From the NCBI GenBank assembly GCA_002269645.1, contig NIVC01001012.1, forward strand, positions 75,553 through 139,552: a DNA stretch of 64,000 nt. The letters are read 5' to 3'. A model generated the notes under the pieces. That model did not search any database. It had not been told where the DNA came from and worked only from the letters and a program-made list of their open reading frames with translations. Positions within the stretch are counted from its first letter, which is position 1, and each line of letters begins with the position of its first letter. Origin of the DNA: Macrostomum lignano. Lineage: Eukaryota. The position numbers were made by a program, and so were the translations under genes. Shown here piece after piece: positions 40,661-53,872 of the stretch.

Positions 40661-43050
40661 TCTGCGTTCCCTTCGAAGTCTGCGTTCGCTAAGCTTCGAA
40701 GAGCGCCATCTGACGCTGCTTTTTGCGAACCGGCAGCGTACTCTGTTGTTGTTGTTGTAGCCTTTGTCAGGGTGATGGGTGTCACTACGTCCGTAATGGG
40801 CACATGGGTTGACTTTGTGGAGGGCGGAGCATTCAGCTACGACGTCTGAGGCGCGACGAACCAAAGATTTTTCAGAGTCGGATTGGCAGACCTCAAACCT
40901 TCCTCCTTTTTCAAACGGGCTTAAGAGCGTTGCTGCCGTATATTGAAGGTTCTTCTTGTGCTTTCTTCTCACAAAAAGTAGCGTCGCAGTAAAGATAAGT
41001 GCTAACAGAGTCGTAGCAAAAGCTCCAAGCAGAACCATGCTCAGCACACTCATCTCTTCAAGACTGGGACTTAGTCTCTTCTTAGACTTAGACTTAGTCC
41101 CTTCAGTCTGTTCTTCTTCCGCAGCCGGCTGGGCAGCCGCAAGCATCCAGCTGAGCACAGGTTGACTTGAGTTTCCGCATCTGTTTCCTGCCGCATCCGG
41201 GAAGCTGATCAGAGCCGTAAGCTGCTCACTGCAGTCCGTGAAGCTCACCAGCCCGAGTACGTCACCATCAATGGTAAGATTGACAGCTCTGAGCGAGCCG
41301 CAGGAGACTGAGGAGTTCTTAGTCTCGACAACATGGTACCTGGAATTCAAGTGTCAGGAGTTTGTGATTTGTATGTGACTTGACTAGCAAGCAAGGTTAA
41401 CAAAATTTGAGACTGCTGATTCTCAAGTCAAGAAACTCACAGCTTATCAGCATCCTCGAACTCAGCTATTTTGCAGCCAGCTTCTGCCCCGCAGTTCAGG
41501 TAGAATACCTTCTTGGTCCTGTGCTCATAGAACAGTCCGATGCGAAGCCTCTGAGCGAGATTCAGCGGCTCCTTGCTGCGGGTGCTCAGGCCGGAGCCGA
41601 CGCGAGTTCGCTGGCCTGGAGCCGGTGTTCAAGGGGAGTGAAATTGTGCAAGAGTTAAGCTGTGCTGCCTATCTAAAACTCGTGCTTTTGTCACTAAAAT
41701 GATATTGTTCGTTTTAGTCCATACTACTGCGAGTAAGATTAGCTCGAAAGAGTAGCAATACGCTATTTTATGGCTGATTCTATCCCTACTGGGCTCAAGT
41801 CTCGTTGTGCTTAAAAAGCCACCGGTTCACTACAGCTTACTCTTTGTGACGAAGTTCTGCAGAGCTGCGGAGCTGCTGAAGCTGGCGAGCCTCATGACTC
41901 CGCTGTCAGCGCTCATCGCAGCCAGCTCAGCAGTCAGGGACCGACGAACCGATCCAGTGGTGTAGCAGTTGCTCTCAAAATTTGTAATGTTTCTGCAGCA
42001 GAATCCCGGCTCCATCAGCCGAATTTGTAGACCTGGGATATTCGCTGAGCTTCTCCGACTCAGCCGGAATGAGACCGTCAGGTAGCTCCTACAGTTTTTA
42101 TGTAGAGTACAGTGGTTGAGTTCAATTACAGAATTATGGATTTCAAAAAATCGGTCCAGCATCAAGCCAGCTCTATCGTACCCTTTCGTCAGTTGCAGCA
42201 CGCGCAGCATCTCCAGCTCCACGGGCTTTGGCTCGCTTGTTGAAGGCGACGAGCAAGTCGCTGAAAAGTTCAAGTTCCATTGGGAGTTGACTGCGTTTAT
42301 CTAGTACCGGCTAGAAGTCAGTAGTGGGGCATTAAAACAAAATTCTCGCTCACACTTGCCATTCAACAAGTGCAGACTTCACTACTGCACAAAGCATTTA
42401 TAAGTAGGCGTGAAGTTCAATTTTATCATCTCTACTGTTTGATTTTAACTTCCTCAAACTATATAACTCTTTATAACTCTAAGAGAGTTATTAACTCTCT
42501 TCGTTTGGCTACCAGACGGCTAATTAGATGCTTTATTATCTATATTGAGCCTTTTGTTGGTAATTAACTGAATGAACGTTATTGAACAGTTTTTAGATGT
42601 TCTGTTTCTAGCAAAAGAGTAACTTATGAGTAAGAGTAAAAGAGCAAAAGAGTAAATAGACAAAATCGAATATTATTATTTATTCACTAACTGTGCTCAA
42701 ATCTATGCTTACAGTCCGAAGCCTTCGAGTGCAGTTCGTATCGCATCGGTTGTTGCTGTGCAGCTGAATCTACAGATCTTTTCCACCTCCGCTCGCTTAG
42801 GTGCGCCTCCGTGTCAAAGCCAGTCAGAACCACTACGACTTTGTCAAGGTGGTCAGTCAGAATCTTCCATTTGCAGTTGAGCCCTTCCTCAGGCACAGGG
42901 TCCGCGTCAGTTTTAGGAATGATTCGATCTTCAGTGAACTCAAGGCTGAGCTGGAACTCATTGGTGTTGCCACGCGGATAGCAGTACTGGTTGCCTGCAA
43001 GAGCTCTGTGGATAAGAAGAATGAGGAGGAGTAGATTTTTTGTAAATGGA
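40649..43050 (-). CDS. Paralogue A: short cadherin-like/CTLD-like/TM receptor (exons ~42713-43050, 41841-42300, 41441-41615, 40649-41339)
   Basis: Signal-like LLLLILLIHRALAG; EC-like TDADP..NCKWKI..FDTE..YEL.SKASD; NCY..LASFSS; TM VLSMVLLGAFATTLLALIFTATLLFVRR. The last three exons splice in frame; the first junction is unresolved. Confidence 0.6.
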
Positions 43051-43566
43051 CAGTGAAAAGTTGTTGGAAGGCTCAGCTCACTTAAAATTTGGTCTCTTTA
43101 ACGTTATTTTCTGAGCTATTATTGGCAAAATGGGTTGTTGATTATGCGATTAATTGGCTTTTTGGCCGGTATTTCAGTTATTTCTCGCATACGAAACTGT
43201 TAAATAATATTTTATATTCTACGAGTAATAATATATAGAGTGTATGATCACAACCTACTATTATTATTAGCTACGCCCATGAACATGAAGAAATGTCATC
43301 GATTTTGTGACAACATTCTAGCTGAAATCAATACGATAAAATAGTTGTGTACTTACTATCCTACTGATAGTAAAAAGACAAAAAAATCTTGAGTGAAAAA
43401 CAAGTGCTGTTTAACCCACAGAACTGTTCTGCGGTTTAACCAGCTACAGTTGTTCAATGGTATAATTCAATTAACTTTCGTACAATAATGTACGACATTA
43501 ACAGCGCCAGCCCCACCAAGGGGCAGTCCCCAAAAAAGACAGCACCAAAAAGGACAGTGCCCCAAG

Positions 43567-43832
43567 CAGTATGACACCCCAATCATTATGATGACCCAAT
43601 CAGTATGATGACCCAATCAGTATGATTACCCAATCAGTATGATGACCCAATCAGTATGATGACCCAATCAGTATGATGACCCAATCATTATGATGACCCA
43701 ATCAGTATGATGACCCAATCAGTATGATGACCCAATCAGTATGATGACCCAATCAGTATGATGACCCAATCAGTATGATGACCCAATCAGTATGATGACC
43801 AAATCAGTGACGCCCCAATCAGTATGACACAC
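43567..43832. repeat. 17-bp minisatellite (ATCAGTATGATGACCCA)n
   Basis: Direct. Confidence 0.93.
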
Positions 43833-44333
43833 CCAAAGTGTGGCATCCAAAAGCATTTAAACCACACCAATCAAAACCTGAAATCCGCTACAGAAATCCC
43901 CGCTGGTGCAAGAAATTAAGCATCGCATCACTCACATTTGAAATGTGGCAGACAGCAGCAGAAGAGTCGCCAGGCTTCTGCCTATCACAATCTGCAAATT
44001 CAGCCGCATGTCGCTCACTTCCGGCACCTAAAAATCGCGATGAGAGGTGGGCGCAGCATGGAGATTCTGTGTCTGCGCCAGCATTTATACGTAAGACGTG
44101 AAACTGCTGAACAAGGATATTCGTAAATTGCATCAAACTTCTTGTACGCGTACTATACGAAATTTCTAATTTTAGCAATCTGATTTCTGTTTTAGTACCC
44201 GGATGTAGTGACACATTTCTTGGCTTTTAGCTCGTAGTTTACCTAACCCTGCTGCCAAGGAATTTTAGCTGTAAAATCGTGTAGATTTAATTCTTTCTTT
44301 GATTTTAAATATAACATTGCATCTGGTGAGACA

Positions 44334-44546
44334 CAGTGGCGTAGCCAGGAATTTCAATTTGGGGGGCCGGGTTAACCTGGCTGGCCAAGTCTCATGCCTG
44401 CAGTGCCACTTTTGGCGCCGCAGGCACTCATTTTAGAGCCGCAGGCACTCAATTGTCTCATGGTTTTTGGTACCGGCCGCGCCCAACCCCACCACCCCCA
44501 GGCCATTGGGGGGGGGCCAGGCCGCCCCCCCCTGACTACGCCAGTG
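44334..44546. mobile_element. hAT-type MITE
   Basis: TIR CAGTGGCGTAGCCAGG / CCTGACTACGCCAGTG; 8-bp TSD GTGAGACA; empty site at 38376-38383. Confidence 0.9.
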
Positions 44547-44785
44547 GTGAGACAGACTCAGCCTTTGCTCTGACTTACCTGAACATACTTATACTCTAGT
44601 GACTCTAATGAACACCGGTAGCTATGTACGCTCGTATGTACGTGTACTGCATGTACACTCGTATTACAAAGAAATCATCGCGTACGTTGAATTCGAAAAT
44701 TATTTAGAAATAGAAGTAAAATACACAATGCCCCTAAGGACTCGAGAACGAGTCCGTCTGTTAATCGAACGACAGTAGAAAATTC

Positions 44786-45751
44786 TGTAGTGAGCCGCTA
44801 GTTTAGTGTTGGCGTCCCCCCCCCTTTTGTCAGCAGTCTCCCTCGCCCTCGCCCTGGGTTGCTGTCTGCCGCTTGTCAGCTTCCCGCCCCTTGGCCTGTT
44901 CTGCCCTTCTGCGTCTCTGTTCTCAGCCTTCAGCTTCTCTACTGTGGGCTGTCTCTGTTTCGTTCCCGTCCCGTTTTCCTCTGTCTTGTGAGCAAGTCAC
45001 ATGACAGATCTTGCGTTCTTGGAGTCTTAAAGTGCAGTAAATTAACATGTTTACTGCACTCGTTGGCCCTGTTTACCGGGAGAATCACGTGCTTTCGGAC
45101 CCCTCCCTTCTCTAAGGAGAGGAGTGACTCATGTTGCTAAAAATAGCAACTGAGTCACAGCCGCGTGTACTCTGGCCGGAGACCTCAAGTGACGTCAGTT
45201 GTTCTAAAAATAGAACGAGTCCCGAGACCCTGCCCGAGACCTCAAGTGACGTCAGTTCTAAAAATAGAACAAGTCACAAGGTCTTGTGCGTGGGTGTTTC
45301 CCGGCTATAAATAGGGCCTTCTCCCCCTTGTTTCCGTCAAGGAGTCTTTGCCTGAGGCTGTTATTCATCAAGTTCTAAGTTCCGGAGCTCCCGAGACTGA
45401 GTGTCAGCCCGTCTGTGTGCTTTAAGTTCTCCCTTCCTGGTCTGTCTGAGACCCTATTAAAAACAAACCCCAATCCTACGAGAGGCTAACTCAGCCCTCC
45501 CCGTACCAACCAAGCCCGGCAGGTGCTGCTGACGAGACGCCTTGTACGTTGAACTGCAAATCTGCACCCGGTGCTGAGTTCGTTGACTTCGTTATTTCGT
45601 TCCGACGGGAAGCTCACCTCATCGAAGGCCGAGACCTGAAGGAACTGGTGGCAGCACTACCTACGCTACTAAGAGTTAAGAAGGGTCCCGAGTGAGAAGA
45701 CGGAGAGTCCAAGTCACTGCGCTGGACAGCAGGACAACCATGAGTACAACA
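44786..45751 (+). mobile_element. Solo LTR (966 bp)
   Basis: TGTAG..ACA ends and TSD ATTC; absent at the paralogous site ~55640; TATAAA at ~45305; ATTAAA at ~45456. Confidence 0.85.
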
Positions 45752-46829
45752 ATTCCGTGGGAACAAAAAATATTTTGTTTAACATTCTTAACTACTATTT
45801 TGCTTCCTTCTATCTTTCCTCAAACAAATATCATTTGACAAAAAAGGACTCTTTAACTTTAACATGGCCATCAAATTATGCTCAAATTTCTTAAAAACTA
45901 ATCAACTATGGTAACTAAATGTGCACGAAACTCAACTCACTGTCCATGTGGACTCACACTCACCAAGAGATTTTGGCCAACTCCAGCTTCCTGCAGACTT
46001 TATACAAGAAAATTTAGGAAGGGAGCACTGCGGAAAACCCATGATTTTACAGGCGAAGCCGCGGTAACTCTGTGGCAGATCCAAGTGAAATCCAAGTAAA
46101 ACCCACGGCTTTTCCGCGTTCGAATTTGCTCTAAAGCAGTTGGAGCTTGCTCTTTTTTCCAAGTACAACTAAAAGGCAATTCCATGGCTCTTCCATGGAA
46201 ATTCAGTCAGTAGAATTATTTAAATAGGGTAGGAGTATGGGGTGTGCAAGCGCAGTTGCCGTCCTTTACCCCACTTCTGTACATAGCATGCCAGGAAAGA
46301 GAAGCAGAGGACGCACGCTTCTGTACCGTGCATGCGCTTCGCGACCAAGCATGCACTGTTCTCTGTACGCCGCATAACGTCAGTGCTGTACAAAAAAGAG
46401 AACTTCAGTTTTCCAAGAAATTTAGAGTTCTATATTTTTTTGCACTTTCTAAAGGTGGTGAAATAAATAAATTTGAATGCATACAGATCCCACAATCAAT
46501 AGCTAGTAACTAATAATAGCCTACCGTTCAGCTCAAAGCAGTCAACAGCAGGGAATAAGATAAGAGTTAATTACAGGCATGTGACATTGAGTCTTGATCT
46601 GGCGGATGTTCCTGTCGTCTAGTTTATGAAACTAAAATTTCTTTACGGGTTCACAAGGGTTTTCAAAATGCATTTATAAATTAATTATTCTTTTACTTTA
46701 GTTTAGCAACTGCGAGCAGTGCGAGCTAAAAGTACTGCGGTGCAGACATCATGAGTATTGGTTTCGTCGCTCTCATTTGGTCTTTTTGGTGGAAAACTTT
46801 AGCTAGAACTTTAGGGTAGGTTTCAGATT

Positions 46830-47092
46830 CCCCCGATTTTACATTCCCCAGATTTACATTCATAAGATTTCACATCCCCCAGATTTCACATTCCCCAGAT
46901 TTCACATCCCCAGATTTCATATCCCCAGATTTCACATTCCCCAGATTTCACATTCCCCAGATTCCACATTCCCCAGATTTCATATTCCCCAGATTTCTCA
47001 TTCCCCAGATTTCTCATTCCCCAGATTTCACATTCCCCAGATTTCACATTCCCCAGATTTCACATTCCCCAGATTTCACATTCCCCAGATTG
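46830..47092. repeat. 16-bp minisatellite (ATTCCCCAGATTTCAC)n
   Basis: Direct; degenerate versions at ~39330-39400, ~47585, ~56565-56915 and ~61000. Confidence 0.9.
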
Positions 47093-47779
47093 CACAAGCC
47101 AGGAGAGTGAAGCAGAAGGACGCACGCTTCTTGTACCAAAGCAGTTTCCAAAGCAGCATGTACTGTTCGCTGTACGCCCCCCCCCCCAAAGTCAAGTGCT
47201 GTACAAAAAAGGAACTTCAGTTTTGTTCCAAGTACTTTAGATTTTTTTGTTGTTATTTTGAAAGGTTGCGAAATAAATGAATACGCAATATATGGTACAG
47301 TTCCCACAAAAAGCTCTTAATCAATAGACTTATCGCACAGCTCAAAGCACTCAACTGCAAGGAATAAGAATATAAGCATGTGAAATTACGTCTGAGTCTG
47401 GCTGGCGTCCCTGTCTAAACCAAGGGATTAAAAGTTTCATTTTTAATCTTTCTTTTAGTTTAGTTCAACAACTGCGGGCTCAAGGTACTGTAGTGCACAA
47501 ACAGCATTAATTTCGCTGCTCTCATTTTGTACCTTAGGTGGACATGTTAAGCTAGAATTTTAGGGCACTGGGTATGTTTCAAATTGCCCCAAATTTACAT
47601 TCCCTAAATTTTACATTTCGCAAGTTTTACGTTCTCAAATTCTAGATTCCTTAGATTTCCCTGGCTTCGTAAGGATCGAAGCATCAATTAGATACGCTGT
47701 CAGATTCCTTAGACAGCAGCGGCACAGGGCGCGCCTCTGGGCACCACCACCACTTTGGCCATTCTTGGCCCCAACAACA

Positions 47780-48442
47780 GCCCCTTGGTGCTAAAGCCCC
47801 TTGGTGCTAAAGCCCCTTGGTGCTAAAGCCCCTTGGTGCTAAAGCCCCTTGGTGCTAAAGCCCCTTGGTGCTAAAGCCCCTTGGTGCTAAAGCCCCTTGG
47901 TGCTAAAGCCCCTTGGTGCTAAAGCCCCTTGGTGCTAAAGCCCCTTGGTGCTAAAGCCCCTTGGTGCTAAAGCCCCTTGGTGCTAAAGCCCCTTGGTGCT
48001 AAAGCCCCTTGGTGCTAAAGCCCCTTGGTGCTAAAGCCCCTTGGTGCTAAAGCCCCTTGGTGCTAAAGCCCCTTGGTGCTAAAGCCCCTTGGTGCTAAAG
48101 CCCCTTGGTGCTAAAGCCCCTTGGTGCTAAAGCCCCTTGGTGCTGGCGCCCCTTGGTGCTAAAGCCCCTTGGTGCTAAAGCCCCTTGGTGCTAAAGCCCC
48201 TTGGTGCTAAAGCCCCTTGGTGCTAAAGCCCCTTGGTGCTAAAGCCCTTGGTGCTAAAGCCCCTTGGTGCTAAAGCCCCTTGGTGCTAAAGCCCCTTGGT
48301 GCTAAAGCCCCTTGGTGCTAAAGCCCCTTGGTGCTAAAGCCCCTTGGTGCTAAAGCCCCTTGGTGCTAAAGCCCCTTGGTGCTAAAGCCCCTTGGTGCTA
48401 AAGCCCCTTGGTGCTAAAGCCCCTTGGTGCTAAAGCCCCTTG
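47780..48442. repeat. 16-bp minisatellite (GGTGCTAAAGCCCCTT)n, ~41 copies
   Basis: Direct. Confidence 0.96.
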
Positions 48443-49268
48443 TTGCTGGTTCTGACGCCCAAAAGTACCGGGGTGATAACAGAATGCTTGAGATACCAGC
48501 TGAGGATGTCCAGCAGCTCCGCCTGGGTGAAGCCTAGTGACTAACGAATGCAGAGCTGATGCAGACACATGTGGTCGACGTGTTGATGAAATTTGGAGGC
48601 TTGGCAAGGCTGCACTGAGGCGCAGTGCTGATTGGCGCACAGGGGTGTACTGAATGCACTGGCGCTTATGGGAAAAATCCGACCTTCTGGCAGAATCGTC
48701 AAATATCTCGACGGTCCGGAGGGCTGGCGACTTGATTCTTGTTTGAGAAGGTGCGCAACAAAATTTTTGCCTGTGTTATTGAATTTCGTATGCCTGCGTT
48801 GCTCCAGTACGGCGCAGAAAAAAATTGTCAGGGGGATACCCCCTCTGGGTAGTTCTACTGTTAATTAAGTTCTCGGATTTTTTATCGTTACTTAATTTTA
48901 TTTTCTTCCTCGTTATTGTTTTATTTCCTCTTACAAATGTTTGATCCAGGGATTACATTTTCGATTGCCTTCTTTCTAGATTCTTGAAAGTAGCTCTCTG
49001 ACTACCTTGATCATCGATCACTTAATCAGAGTGCATAATTCTTGAATAACTGGATTCTTCAAGTGACATCTTAATCAATTTCGCTTATTACTGGTAAAAT
49101 TTATATTGTAATTCCTATATACGCTTGCAAATTGATACACTTTTATTACAAAAGTTAATAAATGGTTAGGATACAATAATAGGTTAGTACGTAAATGTGG
49201 CTTAGTTCCGAAATTCTCAATGCGTTCGATTATCGGGCCACTACTTCGTATTAACTTAGTTACGAGCG

Positions 49269-49438
49269 CAGGGGCGTCGCCACCGGGGGGGGGCATGGGG
49301 GACATGTACCCCAGTAAAAGCTATGGGGGAGACATATAGCACCTGCGGCACCAAAATGAGTGCTAACAACACTAATTCACAATAATGTACATGTAGAAAT
49401 TTAGTCATGTACTTGTAAAATTTATGGCGGCGCCCCTG
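49269..49438. mobile_element. hAT-type MITE
   Basis: TIR CAGGGGCGTCGCCA / TGGCGGCGCCCCTG; 8-bp TSD TACGAGCG. Confidence 0.92.
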
Positions 49439-49673
49439 TACGAGCGTACATATTAAACAGTGTACTATTATTCCACACTTACTTCACTCTACTGCAAATA
49501 TAAGGAGGCGTGGATGGACAATAAACGTAACATGACAGGTCCGGTGATGAAATTTGTACATGGGCTAAGTGTACATTGGGGAGCTACTGAGGAACAATGG
49601 GCATGTTTTGCAAATGTATCTGGGTAGAAGTATTCTGGACAGAAGCTCGTGCAGCCTCCATGACTTCTCTCCA

Positions 49674-49925
49674 AGCCCCTTGGTGCTAAAGCCCCTTGGT
49701 GCTAAAGCCCCTTGGTGCTAAAGCCCCTTGGTGCTAAAGCCCCTTGGTGCTAAAGCCCCTTGGTGCTGGCGCCCCTTGGTGCTAAAGCCCCTTGGTGCTA
49801 AAGCCCCTTGGTGCTAAAGCCCCTTGGTGCTAAAGCCCCTTGGTGCTAAAGCCCCTTGGTGCTAAAGCCCCTTGGTGCTAAAGCCCCTTGGTGCTAAAGC
49901 CCCTTGGTGCTAAAGCCCCTTGGTC
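49674..49925. repeat. (GGTGCTAAAGCCCCTT)n, ~15 copies
   Basis: Direct. Confidence 0.95.
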
Positions 49926-49939
49926 CTGGCGGCTGGACC

Positions 49940-51230
49940 TCTCATTGCAGTCGTCCCTGAAAGGCACAGCCCCAATAAAAAGCCTAACTGAAAACCCTGA
50001 TATGAAGAACTCTAAACCAGGTCCGGGAATTTTAGAACTTGACGATAAAACATTTCCGTCGAATTCTGACTCCCACCCACTGGGTAGACATGCAGCTTCA
50101 AGACACTTGTACAAAGAAATGAAGCCCGAACACTAACTACATCTAGATTTAATACTCTGTTGTCTAAAGAATAAAAAAGGTTAAATTCGATTCATTCTAA
50201 TAATCCCGTACAGAAATCCGACACACGTGACGCCGCAGGTAAACGCAGGTACTTTTACAATGCAGGGACGTTCAGCCAACGTCGTTATTCGTAAGTACAA
50301 TGCGCCCATTTGTCGGATTCTATGGGCACTCGGTTATGATCTATTCCGAATTAGTGAAATGCATTTTGACATTACATTCAATTATTCTTCCCTGTTCTTC
50401 TAATTACCTTTCTTCTTATTCAACTCAGGGATGACTTACAGGCAGTTTTTCGATGCCTACTCATCTAGAATATTCTTGAAAGCAGCTCTCTGACTACCGT
50501 AATCACCGATAATTGAGATATTAGATTGCACAATTCTTGAATTACTGCGTTTCTGCTGGATTCTTCAAATGACAGGTAAATCAGTTTTTTATTATACCCT
50601 GGTACGCTTGTAAATTCACACTAATTCAGGTACACTTGCATTAAAATCATAAATTTTGCAAAATGTTAAGTATACAACTGCTACGAGTAGATTAGTGCGA
50701 AACACTCAGTCTCAATGCACTCGTTTATCAGCCACTACTTATTTAATTAACTCAGCTAAAATGCATTCTAAACAGTCTACCATCATTTCACACTTCGCTA
50801 ACGGTAGTGAATAGATAAAGAGGGGTACAAGACAAAACATTGGTAAATGTGCTTTAGGGAGCAACTTTGGGAAGCAATGAACACCAAATAATGAAATGTA
50901 CAGAAATTTTACACAAAATAAACATTACAATGCCCGATGCGAGCGTATTTGTCGTATTTATACAGCAAAGTTATTATTCTGCAACAAAAGCGGCATATTT
51001 ACAAAGCAATTAACTGGTATATTTACATAGAACTGGCATGTTTCTCACTCAGTGGGCTGTGTTGAAGCTCTTCATTGAACTTCCGAAGACTTTCTTTTTG
51101 CTGCTCAGGAGGCAATTGAAAGATTTTATTTTTTAGTTCACAAGTTAACAGCAGCAGCAACATCCCCAAAATACGGTTTTGTTGGATCTTCCGATGAGAA
51201 AGTGAAACTTGATTTCGGCTGATCAGACTC
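49940..51230. repeat. Segmental duplicate of 62735-64000
   Basis: Near-identical colinear sequence, differing mainly by small indels. Confidence 0.92.
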
Positions 51231-53490
51231 AGCTGTCATGGATAATTCTGTATCTGTTGCTAGCTCTGTTATTGGCTGATCAAGCCAACAAGATAAGCAG
51301 GGCAAAATGCGAGCTAAAAGGCTTTCAATCTTTTTATGTGTGTGTTCTACCCTTGGTCAGGTTGCCAGGGAAAGGTGCTGATTATTGCGTCACTCTGTTT
51401 GCATGACACCTAAGACGCTGCCTCCGTTACACCAGAGGTTTTCCAGAGTCAGAGTGGCAGACCTTATCAAACCCTCCTCCTTTTTCAACCGGGCTTGGGA
51501 CCGTCTTTGGCGGAGTTACTGCTCTATATTGAAGGCATGGCCGTCGACCCATAAAAAGTAGCATCAAAGTAAAGATAAGTGCTAATAGAGTGGTAACAAA
51601 AGCCCCAAGCAGAACCATACCCAGCACACTCATCCCTTCAGGACTGGGACTTAGTCTGTTCTTAGACTTAGAGTTAGTTCCTTCGGTCTGTTCTTCTTTC
51701 GCAGCCGGCTGGGCAGCCGCAAGCATCCAGCTCAGCACAGATTGGCTCCAGTCTCCGCATCTGTTTCCGGCCGCATCCGGGAAGCTGATCAGAGCCGGAA
51801 GCTGCTCACTGCAGTCCCTAAAGCTCACCTGCCAAAGTACCTCACCACCAGCTCCCACATTGACAGCTCTGAGCGATCCGCAAGAGACAAAGGAGTTCGT
51901 AGTTTCGACAGCATGGTACCTGGAATTCAAATTCCAGGAGTGTGAAGGTATAAACTAATTAGAGAGCCAATTGCTGTGAATGAAAATAAACTTTTGTCGT
52001 CAAGTTAAGAAACTCACAGCTTATCAGCATCCTCGAACTCAGCCATTTTGCAGTCTTCTGCCCCGCAGTTCAGGTAGAAGACCTTCTTGGTCCTGTGCTC
52101 ATAGAACAGTCCAATGCGAAGCCAATGTGCAAGATTCAGCGGCTCCTTGCTGCGAGTGTTCAGGCCGGAACCGACGCGAGTTCGCTGGCCTGAAGCCGGC
52201 GTTTAAGTGGAGTGAAATTGTGTAACATTTAAAATGTGCTTCCTATCCCAAACCCATGTGCATTTGTGCAAATATGTGCAAAAGCCACCTCTTAACTCCA
52301 GCTTACTCTCTGTGACGAAGTTCTGCAGAGCCGCGGAGCTGCTGAAGCTGGCGAGCCTCATGACTCCGCTGTCAGCGCTCATCGCAGCCAGCTCAGCAGT
52401 CAGGTTCCGATGAACCGATCCTGTGGTGTAGCAGTTGCTCTCAAAATTTGTAATGTTTCTGCAGCAGAATCCCGGCTCCATCAGGCGAATTTGTAGACCA
52501 GGGATATTCGCTGAGCTACTCCGATTAAGCCGGAATGAGACCGTCAGGTAGCTCCTACAGTTTGATGTAGAGTACAGTGGTTGAGTTCAATTACAGAATT
52601 ATGGATTTCAAAGAATCGGTCCAGCATCAGGCCAGCTCTATCGTACCCTTTCGTCAGTTGCAGCACGCGCAACATCTCCAGCTCCACGGGCTTTGGCTCG
52701 CTTGTTGAAGGCGACGAGCAAGTCGCTGAAAAGTTCAAGTTCCATTGGGAGTTGACTGCGTTTATCTAGTACCGACTAGAAGTCAGTAGTGGGGCATTAA
52801 AACAAAATTCTCGCTCACACTTGCCATTCAACAAGTGCAGACTTCACTACTGCACAAAGCATTTATAAGTAGGCGTGAAGTTCAATCTTATCATCTCTAC
52901 TATTTGATTTTAACTTCCTCAAACTATATAACTCTTTATAACTCTAAGAGAGTTATTAATTCTCTTCGTTTGGCTACCAGACGGCTAATTAGATGCTTTA
53001 TTATCTGTATTGAGCCTTTTGTTGGTAATTAACTGAATGAACGTTATTGAACAGCTTTTAGATGTTCTGTTTCTAGCAAAAGAGTAACTAGACAAAATCG
53101 AATATTATTATTTATTCACTAACTGTGCTCAAAGCGCTGCTTACAGTTCGAAGCCTTTGAATGCAGTTCGTATCGCATCGGTTGTTGCTGTGCAGCTGAA
53201 TCCACAGATCTTTTCCACCTCCGCTCGCTTAAGTGCGTCTCCGTGTCAAAGCCAGTCAGAACCACAACGGCATTGTCAAGATGGTCAGTCAGAATCTTCC
53301 ATTTGCAGCTGAGGCCTTCCTCAGGTACAGGGTCTCCATCAGTTTTGGGAATGATTCGATCTTCAATGAACTCGATTTTTTTGCTGAGCTGGAACTCATT
53401 GGTGTTGCCACGCGGATAGCAGAACTGGTTGCCTGCCAGAGCTCTGTGGATAAGAAGAATGAGGAGGAGTAGGATTTTTTGTAAATGGAC
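51138..53490 (-). pseudogene. Paralogue B of the cadherin/CTLD/TM receptor (1-bp frameshift in CTLD exon near 52565)
   Basis: Colinear with A; TM VLGMVLLGAFVTTLLALIFTLMLLFMGRR; tail exon 51138-51275; CAGTTTGATG versus CAGTTTTTATG in A. Confidence 0.6.
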
Positions 53491-53872
53491 AGTGAAAAGT
53501 TGTTGGAAGGCTCAGCTCACTTAAAATTTTATCTCTTAAACGTTATTTTCTGAGCTATTATTGGCAAAATGGGTTGTTGATTATGCGATTAATTGACTTT
53601 TCGGTCGGTACTTCAGTTTATTTCTCGCATACCGACCTGTTAATTAATTTGTGTTATATTTTAAAAATATACAGAATACATAGTAATATATTATTATCAA
53701 TAGCAATACGCATGAACGTGAAGAAATGCCATCGATTTTGTGGCAAAATTCCAATTAAATTTCGTACATCAATGTACACTGACCGCGTCAGCCTCGCAAG
53801 GACAGGCCCCCAAATAACAGTCCCATAATGGGAAGCCCCCAAAAAGACAGCCCAACAAAGTACATCGCCACC

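Noticed and set aside
45520-45660. Hammerhead ribozyme at CTGACGA (also CTGATGA hits elsewhere)
   Set aside because: No correctly placed GAAA or stems could be found
49940-50136. Plus-strand exon SSLKGTAP..MKPEH (duplicated at 62740-62938)
   Set aside because: An acceptor-like site is present but there is no recognisable protein family; copies differ by indels; explained as part of the segmental duplication
51380-51430. Premature stop in copy B after KPLV
   Set aside because: Probably intronic: the GT at this position splices in frame to the tail exon
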